Assembly: GCA_041477655.1 (NCBI GenBank)
Contig: JBGOUP010000003.1
Span: 1-32,765, forward strand
DNA: 32,765 nucleotides
Direction of reading: 5' to 3'
Source: Patescibacteria group bacterium
Lineage (GTDB): Bacteria; Patescibacteriota; UBA1384; 2-12-FULL-50-11
Shown: piece by piece, positions 17,565-26,145 of the stretch
Layout of the letters: each line of letters starts with the position of its first letter
Numbering within the stretch: position 1 is the first letter of the stretch
Notes under the pieces: generated by a model
The model's database searches: none
What the model saw: only the letters and a program-made list of their open reading frames with translations
What the model was told of the DNA's origin: nothing
Translations under genes and position numbers: made by a program

Positions 17565-17804
17565 AAATTCCCCTCCTTATAGCTTTTAGATATTACTCAA
17601 TAATTGATGAGAAGTCAATAGGCGGGAAATAATGGTGAATTCAAGACCTAACGCACCACCTAAGATAAAATAAGCGGAATCAGAAAGGTGGTGCATTAAA
17701 TTCTTGAATTCATCTAAAACGTCACGGTCTTGATTTTTATATCTAGTAGTGGTATAAATAACCCGCACGCAATTTGCGTAGTACCCATAAATTTTGGTGT
17801 TCAT

Positions 17805-18539
17805 TTGGAAAAACTATTTCTCGTTTTCTTCGTTTGTCTCATCTTTGGTTGTGCTTCACCCGTCAGACAACAACAAACGTCAACTTATTCAACTTCTGGC
17901 GATTCTGCCCATTGGTTTAGAGCCGATGGAACGATCAACTGGGAAGCCGAAAAACAAGAAAAGAAAATCCCAACCGATCATGTCATCTTCCACCACACAT
18001 CTGGTCGGGCTAACCGTAGCCTAGACGAGTTGTCGAATCTAGAGCGTGAGCGTCTTTATGTCCCACGCTTTAATCCTTCTATCCCCGATCCAAACATTCC
18101 CAAAGGAACGCTGGTTCAATCTGGCCACTACCGAAAGATTAACAGCGAAAGAGCTCAAGTATTTTACGCCTACCATTGGTTGATTAGACAGGACGGCAAA
18201 TGCGAACAGTTACTCAATGACGACGAAGTTGGCTGGCATTGTGGCAATTGGGATATGAATAACAGATCCATCGCCATCTGCTTTGACGGCAACTTGGTTG
18301 GCTCAAAACCAACTGACCAACAGTATCGAGCCGCCGCCGCTCTATTAGCTGCCTATATGGCCAAATACAAAATCACCGCGGGGAATGTTATGGGACACGA
18401 CGATGTGGTTGCTACCGACTGTCCAGGAGAGTGGTTCAAAGCTGGGGGTAAAGACAAGCTTATCCAACTAGCTGTCAAACCTGATCAGTGGGTCAAATAC
18501 AAATCAGTTTACGATCAAGTTCTATCAAAGAAGCCTTGA
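17805..18539 (+). CDS. N-acetylmuramoyl-L-alanine amidase (Amidase_2/PGRP-like), probable lipoprotein
   Basis: Motifs VIFHHT, YHWLI, GWHCG, NNRSIAICFDGN and GHDDVVATDCPG. Lipobox IFGC. Upstream promoter TTGATT-17-TATAAA (17730-17758). Confidence 0.9.
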   Translation: MEKLFLVFFVCLIFGCASPVRQQQTSTYSTSGDSAHWFRADGTINWEAEKQEKKIPTDHVIFHHTSGRANRSLDELSNLERERLYVPRFNPSIPDPNIPKGTLVQSGHYRKINSERAQVFYAYHWLIRQDGKCEQLLNDDEVGWHCGNWDMNNRSIAICFDGNLVGSKPTDQQYRAAAALLAAYMAKYKITAGNVMGHDDVVATDCPGEWFKAGGKDKLIQLAVKPDQWVKYKSVYDQVLSKKP

Positions 18540-18553
18540 GCTTCACTCAACTA

Positions 18554-18588
18554 ATGCCCGTAGTATTGTGCTACGGGCATTTTTCTTC
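18554..18588 (+). terminator. Intrinsic terminator
   Basis: ATGCCCGTAG/CTACGGGCAT stem followed by TTTTCTT. Confidence 0.8.
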
Positions 18589-18610
18589 ACCCTCAAGGCT
18601 AATATAATTG

Positions 18611-18682
18611 CTCCCGGGCTTGGATTCGAACCAAGAATCTCCTCCTCCAAAGGGAGGCGTCCAACCGTTAGACGACCCGGGA
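18611..18682 (-). tRNA. tRNA-Gln(TTG)
   Basis: Reverse complement reads TCCCGGGTCGTCTAACGG...CTTTGGA...GGTTCGAATCC...CCCGGGAG. No encoded CCA. Confidence 0.93.
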
Positions 18683-18890
18683 ATGTCGCTATGCGACAGT
18701 CATATTGTACCAACTAACTGGTCGGCTGTCAGGAGTTCTGGGTCAGTAATCGTAGATTTCACTTATCCGGCCAAAAATAGCTCTTTACAGAGCGTCTTTT
18801 CGCTATCTGACTTCGCTCATAGCAGAAACGCTCCCAATTGGGAGCGTTTCTGGAAGCCGATAATCAGCTTTCAGCCTCATCCGACTTAAC

Positions 18891-18914
18891 AAAAAACAGC
18901 TCCTTGCGGAGCTA
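18891..18914 (-). terminator. Terminator of rnpB
   Basis: AGCTCC-GCAA-GGAGCT followed by GTTTTTT on the minus strand. Confidence 0.75.
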
Positions 18915-18920
18915 TCTTCT

Positions 18921-19534
18921 GGAGGTCGGTAAGCCGGGTTCTGTTCCGCCTCCGCCAAATGGCGGATAAGCGGATAACAACCATCAATCTACGCGACGGG
19001 CTAACTAGTTGCCTCTAGAAGAGAGTTGACTCAAATGGTCGAATTGCTTCGATAACGAGTCGCAACCAATTATCCATCCCGTCTTGCACCACGCCGGGTT
19101 TTGCCGCTCGCTACTATTGCTAGAGCGATTGTGGGCTCTTACCCCACTCTTTTCACCATCACCACCGCTGCTCCGCAGCGGAATTACCAATTAACAATTT
19201 CTAATTTTCAAATAATTTCCAATTATTCAATTTCCAAACTTAAAAATTGGGTCATTGATTATTACTTGAGAATTGAGACTTGAAAATTGATACTTCCAAT
19301 GCGAAGCATTGGTTAGGCAGTATTGTCTCTGTGCCACTTTCCCGCGTCTTGCGACGGCCGGCCGTTAGCCGGGGCGCTATCTAAGGTGCCCGGACTTTCC
19401 TCAAACCAACGTCAGTTAACCCCTCGACTACGCTCGGGGCAAGACAGTTTTCAGTTATCAGCAATCAGTTGAAACTGAATACTGAATACCGATCCACTGA
19501 TCTCTGTCCGAAGGATTGCGATTGTCTCGACTTC
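18921..19534 (-). ncRNA. rnpB: RNase P RNA with large insertions
   Basis: The minus strand carries GAGGAAAGTCCGG (19402-19390), GGAAAGTGGCACAGAGAC, GGTGAAAAG and 3' ACAGAACCCGGCTTA. P1 pairing GAAGTCG/CGACCTC. Confidence 0.93.
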
Positions 19535-19540
19535 GCCACA

Positions 19541-19568
19541 ATCTTAGCATTTATTTGGCAGAAGTCAA
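19541..19568 (-). promoter_or_regulatory. rnpB promoter
   Basis: TTGACT, 16 bp spacer, TGcTAAGAT extended -10, about 7 nt before the predicted 5' end. Confidence 0.65.
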
Positions 19569-19631
19569 TGGCTGGAACCATATCTTTGTAGGACTTGACA
19601 ATATTGAAGTAGATAGGCGTATAGTTAAGGC

Positions 19632-19813
19632 AGAGAAAACTAAAAACTTCGCGTCCTATGGCTAAATAGAGGCAATGAATAGCGATTTTGAGCTATGCCA
19701 AGCTGGGTATGCTTGGGAAGCCGCTTGTAAGCGGCTATGGAACGACGAAGTACGGTCGGAAAAACAGTCGGGGTAGTGTGCTTTGCTCTCCTTTCGGCAC
19801 TACCCCACTTTTT
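19632..19813 (+). ncRNA. Putative structured small RNA (unit 1); may encode a 33-aa peptide
   Basis: TTGACA-19-TATAGT promoter, several internal stems, and a terminator hairpin with T-tract. Confidence 0.45.
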
Positions 19814-19884
19814 ATACAAATAAATAATCGGATCCTTTTGATAAAGTCTGAAATATATTTAGGCAAAAGGCGTATAGTGTTAAT

Positions 19885-19949
19885 TGATCGAGTTCACCTT
19901 CCTTCCTTGGGGTCCGCAGACTTTGCTCTCCTACACTGCGGACCCCTTT
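19885..19949 (+). ncRNA. Putative small RNA (unit 2)
   Basis: Same AGGCGTATAGT -10 context as unit 1, a CCTTCCTTCCTT tract, and an 11-bp hairpin with the same CTTTGCTCTCCT loop. Confidence 0.4.
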
Positions 19950-19951
19950 AA

Positions 19952-20557
19952 TTAATTACCAAACGTTAACCGGTGTAGTTTGGTTGGCCCAAATTTACCG
20001 ATGGCTTGTTGATGGTTCTTGGTGCCATAGCCGACATTGTTTTTCCAGTCATACTCCGGCCAGAAATTATGGTAGGTTTTCATCAGTTGATCGCGATAGC
20101 ACTTGGCCACGATTGAAGCGGCCGCTACCGGATAAAAGAGCTGATCTCCTCTAATCGCTTGGATTTGCTTTGTCGAAGTTGGAGCCAGATAGTTGTCGGT
20201 AAGTAATAAGTCGAACTTTATCTTTTTTATCGCCCGTTTATAAGCTAAGTATTGGGCTTTGGCTAAGCCCAATTGGTCAATTTCAAGGTTACTGACTAGA
20301 CCTATAGACACATTGATTGAACCGCCCAGAATCTGCCAACAGAGTTTTCTTCGCCTTTCAAGCGAAAGACGTTTAGAGTCGTCTATTCCTATAATCGGCC
20401 GACTTAAACAAACTGCCGCTACCACTAGCGGGCCAGCCATTGCGCCACGCCCGACTTCATCAACGCCAACTATTTTCCGGTAGCCAAGTTTGGCTAACTG
20501 ATTTTGAAATTTAGGATCAGGCTGATTTTTTGACCAACTCGGCCGATTTAGCGACAT
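19952..20557 (-). CDS. rnhB: Ribonuclease HII
   Basis: Motifs GVDEVGRGAMAGP, DDSKRLS, AAASIVAK, NVGYGT and HRLTF. Probable start is ATG 20557, overlapping the end of uvrA. Confidence 0.95.
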   Translation of the reverse strand: MSLNRPSWSKNQPDPKFQNQLAKLGYRKIVGVDEVGRGAMAGPLVVAAVCLSRPIIGIDDSKRLSLERRRKLCWQILGGSINVSIGLVSNLEIDQLGLAKAQYLAYKRAIKKIKFDLLLTDNYLAPTSTKQIQAIRGDQLFYPVAAASIVAKCYRDQLMKTYHNFWPEYDWKNNVGYGTKNHQQAIGKFGPTKLHRLTFGN

Positions 20558-23393
20558 AATTTCCCCGACGTAAAAACCTAGCCGTGACTGATTTAGGATT
20601 GGCCATAACCGTGTCTGGAGTGCCTTCGGCGACGATCTGACCACCACGGTTGCCCCCATCTGGCCCAAGGTCAATAATCCAGTCGGCGCAACGAATAACA
20701 TCAATGTTGTGCTCAATAATAATAACAGTATTGCCTCGATCAACTAATTGATAGAGAACATTGAGCAACCGTTGGATATCTTCAAAATGAAGACCGGTAG
20801 TTGGCTCATCCAAAATATAGAGAGTTTTGCCGGTTTCCCGACGGGAAAGCTCGGTGGCTAATTTAATTCGTTGGGCCTCGCCGCCCGAAAGAGTCGTCGC
20901 CGGCTGACCGAGCCGCATATAGCCAAGGCCAACAGCGTCCAAGACATTGAGTTTTTCGATGACTTCTCCTTCGGTTTCGTCGGTGAAAAAACCAACCGCT
21001 TCATTAACTGTCATTTCCAGAACGTCACTAATGTCTTTGCTTCGATATTTTATCTCCAAAGTTTCTGGATTATAACGTTTGCCTCGACACTCTGGGCAAC
21101 TAACATAAACGTCGGGCAGAAAGTCCATCTCAATTTTTATCTGACCGTCACCCCGACAGTGCTCGCAACGTCCGCCCCGTAAATTAAAGCTAAAGCGCGA
21201 CGGATCATAGCCACGATTCATTGCTTCCTCGGTTTGAGCAAAGAGTTCGCGAATCGGCCCCAACGCCCCGGTATAAGTGGCCGGATTGGAACGAGGTGTT
21301 CGGCCGATCGGACTTTGGTCAATATTAATAATGTTGTCGACATACTCCGTACCCTGAATCTCTTGATGGGGAGCAGGTTCGGCACTGGCGCCATGAAAGT
21401 GTTTGGACAAGGCGGTGGCTAAAGTGTCTTCAACTAAGGTTGACTTACCTGATCCAGAAACACCAGTTATGCAAATTAGCCGATTTAATGGGAAGCGGGC
21501 AGTGACATCCTTTAAATTATTGCCGGTGGCACCAATTAGGGTTAGGGCTTCGGTGGCATGCTCGTGTCTATGGCCAGGCAGTTTAATGGTCTTGTGTCCG
21601 GCCAAATAGGCGCCGGTTAGGGAATTTGGGTCAGTTATAACTTGTTTGGGTGTACCGTGGGCAATAATTTCACCACCGAGTTCACCGGCGCCAGGACCCA
21701 TGTCGATAATATAATCGGCCGCTAACATAGTGTCGCGGTCGTGTTCAACAACGATAACGGTATTATCGCGATTTTTCAGTTCCTGAATGGTTTTGAGCAA
21801 TTTTTGGTGATCTCGGGGGTGCAAACCAATCGATGGCTCATCAAGGATGTAGATGACGCCAGTTAAACCCGAACCAAGTTGAGTGGCCAGCCGAACCCGC
21901 TGGGCTTCACCACCAGCTAAGGTTGAGGTGGTCCGATCCAGGGTGACGTAACCCAAGCCAACTTCCAGCAGATAAAGCAGTCTTGAACAGACTTCTTTGA
22001 AGATCGGTTTAACAATTCGCTGTTGATCGGCGCTGAATTTATCAACCAAGCCATCAAAAAATTGACCGGCTTCTTCGATGGTCATGGCGGTAACGTCAAT
22101 AATGTTTTTTTTATCAATCAAGATAGACAAGACTTCGATTCGGAGTCGCTGACCTTTACAAGTCTTGCAGACCCGCTCAACCATGTATTTCTCAATCTCA
22201 TTTTTTAGATAATCGGAATCGGTTTCGTGGTAACGCCGCTCCAAATTGGGCAAAATACCTTCAAATCGCTCCTCTTCTTCCGATTTCTCGTTTTCAACTG
22301 GCTCGCCGTAAAGCAGAATTTCCAGGGTCTTTTCGGGTAGCTCGCCAACAGCCGTATCCAGGCTGAACTTGTAACGCTTAGACATATCAGTCAGGACTTT
22401 TTGGTACCAGTTGGAGTGGCTGGTTGTTCGGCTCCAAGGCCTAATTGCCCCTTCAGCCAGAGTTAGTCTAGGATTTGGGATAACTAAATCTTTATCCGCT
22501 ACCATTTGTAAGCCAAGACCCTGGCAAATTTGACAAGCACCTTCAGGGTTATTGAAGGAAAAGAGTCTGGGCTCGATATCGGGGAATTGCCAGCCGCACT
22601 GGCTACAAGCGTAGCGTTGAGAGTAGAATCGCTCGTTGTTACCTTCAAGGTCAGTGCCGATAACTAAACCGTTGCCCAGTTTAAGTGCTCGATCAACCAA
22701 CTTTGACAGATCAACTTTAGCAATCTGCTCGGATTGGTCGTTGGCTACCGGAAAATCAACACGACCGACCACCAAATCCAAATTATGACTCTTATTTTTA
22801 TCAACGCTTAAGGAGATAGCTTCGTCGACGTCCATTTCGGTACCATCAAATCGAACCCGGACTATATTTAGCTTTTTAGCCTGTTTTAGGTGGTATTTAT
22901 GTTCGCCTTTGCGATTTTGAACAATCGGACTAAGTAATTTAACTTGAAGCTGATCGTGGCTGGTAAACTGCTTCAAAATATGACGAGTTATTGTCTCTGG
23001 CTGTTGTTGAGTGATGACGATGCCACATTTTGGGCAATATGGCGTACCAGCGCGAGAGAAAAGCAATCGCAAGAAGTCGTAGATTTCAGTTGCCGTAGCT
23101 ACTGTTGAGCGAGGATTTCTAGCGGCCGTTTTCTGATCAATGGCAATAGCCGGTGCCAAGCCCTCAATCGAATCAAAATCCGGCTTTTCAATATCGCTTA
23201 AGAATTGGCGGACATATGAGGATAAACTCTCAACATATCGACGCTGTCCCTCGGCAAAAATGGTGTCGAAGGCCAGTGACGACTTACCAGAGCCAGACAG
23301 ACCGGTCACCACAGTGACCATGTTTTTGGGAATCTCTAAATTGAGATTTTTCAAATTGTGTGTTCTGGCTCCAACAACGCGTATCGTATCCAT
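20517..23393 (-). CDS. uvrA: Excinuclease ABC subunit A
   Basis: Motifs GARTHNLKN, TGLSGSGKSSLAFDT, zinc fingers, second Walker A GVSGSGKST and LSGGEAQRIKLA. Confidence 0.98.
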   Translation of the reverse strand: MDTIRVVGARTHNLKNLNLEIPKNMVTVVTGLSGSGKSSLAFDTIFAEGQRRYVESLSSYVRQFLSDIEKPDFDSIEGLAPAIAIDQKTAARNPRSTVATATEIYDFLRLLFSRAGTPYCPKCGIVITQQQPETITRHILKQFTSHDQLQVKLLSPIVQNRKGEHKYHLKQAKKLNIVRVRFDGTEMDVDEAISLSVDKNKSHNLDLVVGRVDFPVANDQSEQIAKVDLSKLVDRALKLGNGLVIGTDLEGNNERFYSQRYACSQCGWQFPDIEPRLFSFNNPEGACQICQGLGLQMVADKDLVIPNPRLTLAEGAIRPWSRTTSHSNWYQKVLTDMSKRYKFSLDTAVGELPEKTLEILLYGEPVENEKSEEEERFEGILPNLERRYHETDSDYLKNEIEKYMVERVCKTCKGQRLRIEVLSILIDKKNIIDVTAMTIEEAGQFFDGLVDKFSADQQRIVKPIFKEVCSRLLYLLEVGLGYVTLDRTTSTLAGGEAQRVRLATQLGSGLTGVIYILDEPSIGLHPRDHQKLLKTIQELKNRDNTVIVVEHDRDTMLAADYIIDMGPGAGELGGEIIAHGTPKQVITDPNSLTGAYLAGHKTIKLPGHRHEHATEALTLIGATGNNLKDVTARFPLNRLICITGVSGSGKSTLVEDTLATALSKHFHGASAEPAPHQEIQGTEYVDNIINIDQSPIGRTPRSNPATYTGALGPIRELFAQTEEAMNRGYDPSRFSFNLRGGRCEHCRGDGQIKIEMDFLPDVYVSCPECRGKRYNPETLEIKYRSKDISDVLEMTVNEAVGFFTDETEGEVIEKLNVLDAVGLGYMRLGQPATTLSGGEAQRIKLATELSRRETGKTLYILDEPTTGLHFEDIQRLLNVLYQLVDRGNTVIIIEHNIDVIRCADWIIDLGPDGGNRGGQIVAEGTPDTVMANPKSVTARFLRRGNYVAKSAELVKKSA

Positions 23394-23629
23394 GACTTGC
23401 TTCGTGCCATTTTAGCATACTTTTGAGTGAAAAATCAAGAGGCCACAACTCACCCCTTGCAATTGGTAAATGTTCCGCTACAAAGAACTAATGTTGGCTT
23501 TGACAATTTTTGTTGGCAATGCGTCGCAACAAAAGCATATTCTGTTTGCTAGCAATAATGAAATTCTTCAAAGAAAAAAATATTACGATTATATAAAAAA
23601 ATACTGCAATTATAAAAAGGAGGTGCTAG

Positions 23630-24127
23630 GTGAAAGGAACAATGGCGGGTGAGTCAACTGGTCCGGGGACAACGGTCGGGGTGAATGTTGCCTTAACAGG
23701 AACCCTTAAAGACCAAAACGATATTACCATCTACGGTATGGTTGATGGTGAGGTCATATGCGAAAGGTCGGTGGTTATTGGTGAAACCGCCCAAGTTAAG
23801 GGACCGATCCGTGGTCAAATTATCACCATATCCGGTACTGTTCGAGGCTCGATTGAAGCCTTGGAGAAATTGGAGATTCTAGAAACCGGCAAAGTTCTGG
23901 GTAGTATCACCACTAAGGATTTGGTAATTCATTCCGGAGCCAAGTTCGTTGGTAAAAGCGAGATGAGTATCGAGGAAGGCGATATACCCGAAGAGTCCGA
24001 GCAATCCGAAGAAGACAAAGAAGCTGGCCAAGATGATCAAGTGGCCGAGGAAGAGACCGACCAGGACAACGACGAACAGCCTTCAAACATTACCGAACAA
24101 GAACTACCTCAACCGGACCTTGAGTAG
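23630..24127 (+). CDS. Bactofilin (polymer-forming cytoskeletal protein) with acidic tail
   Basis: TTVG..V.LTG.L...I.IYG.V.G beta-helical pattern and GAKFVG; AGGAGG SD. Confidence 0.88.
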   Translation: MKGTMAGESTGPGTTVGVNVALTGTLKDQNDITIYGMVDGEVICERSVVIGETAQVKGPIRGQIITISGTVRGSIEALEKLEILETGKVLGSITTKDLVIHSGAKFVGKSEMSIEEGDIPEESEQSEEDKEAGQDDQVAEEETDQDNDEQPSNITEQELPQPDLE

Positions 24128-24178
24128 CTGATACTTTATAGTATCGGCGGCTGACAATGAGTTTCTTGATGGGGAAAT

Positions 24179-24904
24179 ATGTATTATTACATCCTTGAAT
24201 CGCCCTCAACTAGAGGGATTCGCCAATCATATCAACGGCTTCGAGATATCCTGACTAATCTTGGAATCGCCGGAGAGATTGTGGCCTCAAGCCCAGCTAG
24301 GCGACCAGAAGAATTGGCTGTAATGGGTCTACAGAAGGGTTACACAACCATAGTTGCTGTTGGCGGGGATGCCCATATTAATCAAATTGCGGCTCGAATT
24401 ATCGGTCAGGCTGTTCTGGGTATTATTCCCATTAACGCCGGCCCCCAAGTGGCCGAGCTGATCGGTACCAACGACATGAAGCCAGCGGCTGAATTCTTGA
24501 AGTTTCGCCGCCTGACAACCGTCAGCACTGTTTTACTTGAACCAGAAACGATCCTTTTTCTTGATGGTGAGATTAACTCGTCGAAATTAGCCAAGATTAG
24601 TTTAGTCATAGATAACCGAGTTAGGGCTTACGCCTATTTTAATAAGGCAACTATTCACCGGAGTCTGGAGCTGTCACTAGAAAGCACCCATCTGACTGAA
24701 CCCAAAAAAATGTTCGGTTTATTTACGGTTAAAACAACCGAAGTTAAGTCCGAAAGCCATTTTCACGGCAAATCAATCCGGATTGTTACTGATCCCGAGC
24801 TACCAATCACCGTGGCCGGCAAAGCAATTGGCATGACACCAGCCCATATACGACTAGTCCCAGAGTCCTTGAAAGTGATCACCAAACGTGGTACTCTTGG
24901 CTAG
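24179..24904 (+). CDS. Diacylglycerol/lipid kinase family-like protein
   Basis: IVAVGGD, LGIIP, and a C-terminal G..IG.TP..I..VP.SL pattern. Confidence 0.8.
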   Translation: MYYYILESPSTRGIRQSYQRLRDILTNLGIAGEIVASSPARRPEELAVMGLQKGYTTIVAVGGDAHINQIAARIIGQAVLGIIPINAGPQVAELIGTNDMKPAAEFLKFRRLTTVSTVLLEPETILFLDGEINSSKLAKISLVIDNRVRAYAYFNKATIHRSLELSLESTHLTEPKKMFGLFTVKTTEVKSESHFHGKSIRIVTDPELPITVAGKAIGMTPAHIRLVPESLKVITKRGTLG

Positions 24905-24969
24905 ATCGATCATGGATTTTTGTTAAAGATAGTCGGGATGTACGTTAACCAAGCACCGTCCTTGGGCTT

Positions 24970-25533
24970 TTGGGATCTTCAGTGAGCAATAAGGAACTTA
25001 GAGTAAACTCGGAAATTACGGCTAGCCAAGTTCACTTGATTTTGAACGACGGTCAATCCCGAGGCACGGTTTCTATTAATGAAGCCCTTCAAGCGGCTCA
25101 CCAAGCCAACCTTGACCTGGTTGAAATTAGCCCCAAAGCCGAACCACCCGTTGTTAGAGTTATTGACTACAATAAGTTTCGCTATGAGCAGGAGAAACGT
25201 TCTCGTCAATCAGCGAAATTGGCTAAAAACCCCCAACTTAAGGAAATTCGCTTAAGCTATGGGATCGGAGCTCACGACTTAGAAACTAAAGCCAGACGGG
25301 CCAAAGAATTTCTTGAGGCAGGCAACTTTGTTAAGGTCTATATTCAGTTGCGGGGCCGCCAGAACATTTTCCCCCAAATTGCTCGAGGAAACCTAGAAAA
25401 CTTCCAGAAAGTACTTGACGCTGATCTCGAGCAAGAAATTAGCCACATCGGTAACAGAGTTTCATTAGTTATTAAAACCAAAAGAAATGTCAAAAAATTG
25501 GAAAACTTAGATGCCCAAGAGAGAAAAACTTAG
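24970..25533 (+). CDS. infC: Translation initiation factor IF-3
   Basis: Motifs LDLVEISPKAEPPV, DYNKFRYE, LKEIRL and LRGRQ. Start codon uncertain (non-ATG). Confidence 0.95.
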   Translation: MGSSVSNKELRVNSEITASQVHLILNDGQSRGTVSINEALQAAHQANLDLVEISPKAEPPVVRVIDYNKFRYEQEKRSRQSAKLAKNPQLKEIRLSYGIGAHDLETKARRAKEFLEAGNFVKVYIQLRGRQNIFPQIARGNLENFQKVLDADLEQEISHIGNRVSLVIKTKRNVKKLENLDAQERKT

Positions 25534-25594
25534 ATGCCCAAGATAAAAGAATTTAATGCCTAAAAGAGAAATACTTAGATGCCCAAGATAAAAA
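25487..25594 (+). repeat. About 23-bp tandem reiteration of the rpmI start region
   Basis: ATGs at 25487, 25511, 25534, 25556 and 25579; ACTTAGATGCCCAAGA occurs three times exactly. Confidence 0.85.
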
Positions 25595-25779
25595 CCCACA
25601 AATCAAGTTATAAACGGATCGTTCGGATAACAGCCAACGGTAAGATCGTGCTCCGAAAAATGTCGGCTCAACACCGATTGAGATTCAAATCCAAAAGAGC
25701 TAAGCAACTCTCAACTCAAACCCAAGTCGCTCCTGCCGGGTTCAAACGGGCTATGAAAAGGCTGGCTGTTTCCGCCTAA
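25579..25779 (+). CDS. rpmI: 50S ribosomal protein L35
   Basis: MPKIKTHKSSYKR...TANGK; located between infC and rplT. Confidence 0.93.
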   Translation: MPKIKTHKSSYKRIVRITANGKIVLRKMSAQHRLRFKSKRAKQLSTQTQVAPAGFKRAMKRLAVSA

Positions 25780-25785
25780 AACACC

Positions 25786-26145
25786 ATGACCAGGATCAAA
25801 CGAGGCATACTTGCCCACAAACGACACAAAAACTTACTAGCCAAAACCAAAGGCTATCGCCATGGCCGTAAAAATCTCTTCCGTTTGGCTAAACAGGCAG
25901 TTTTACAGGCAGGACAGTTTGCCTATCGAGATCGTCGCAATAAAAAACGGTCGGCTCGAAGTCTCTGGATAGTTCAGCTTAACGCCGCCGCCCGATCCTT
26001 TGATCTGCCCTACAAAGACTTTATTTACGGCTTGCACAAAGCCGAGATCACCTTGGATCGAAAAGTATTAGCGGCAATGTCAGTCGAAGCGCCGGAGGAG
26101 TTTGCCAAAGTTGTAATCAAGGTTAAAGAGGCTCTAGCTAAGTAA
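25786..26145 (+). CDS. rplT: 50S ribosomal protein L20
   Basis: Motifs MTRIKRG, AYRDRRNKKR, LWIVQLNAAAR and LDRKVLA. Confidence 0.97.
   Translation: MTRIKRGILAHKRHKNLLAKTKGYRHGRKNLFRLAKQAVLQAGQFAYRDRRNKKRSARSLWIVQLNAAARSFDLPYKDFIYGLHKAEITLDRKVLAAMSVEAPEEFAKVVIKVKEALAK

Noticed and set aside
17586-17804. 72-aa minus-strand ORF
   Set aside because: It spans the promoter region of divergent genes, with no RBS or recognisable motif.
18608-19283. ORFs 18608-18889, 19005-19190 and 19101-19283
   Set aside because: They overlap tRNA-Gln or the RNase P RNA and are judged spurious.
19688-19951. 87-aa ORF
   Set aside because: TTG start without an RBS; it runs through a terminator and the second promoter.
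20558-20743. Extended N-terminus of rnhB
   Set aside because: It lies within uvrA in another frame; the real start is probably 20557.
23470-23652. 60-aa ORF upstream of the bactofilin gene
   Set aside because: AT-rich promoter region; it overlaps the bactofilin SD and start.
25487-25594. Possible mini CRISPR array
   Set aside because: The period is only about 23 bp, there are no real spacers or cas genes, and the unit is the rpmI start itself.
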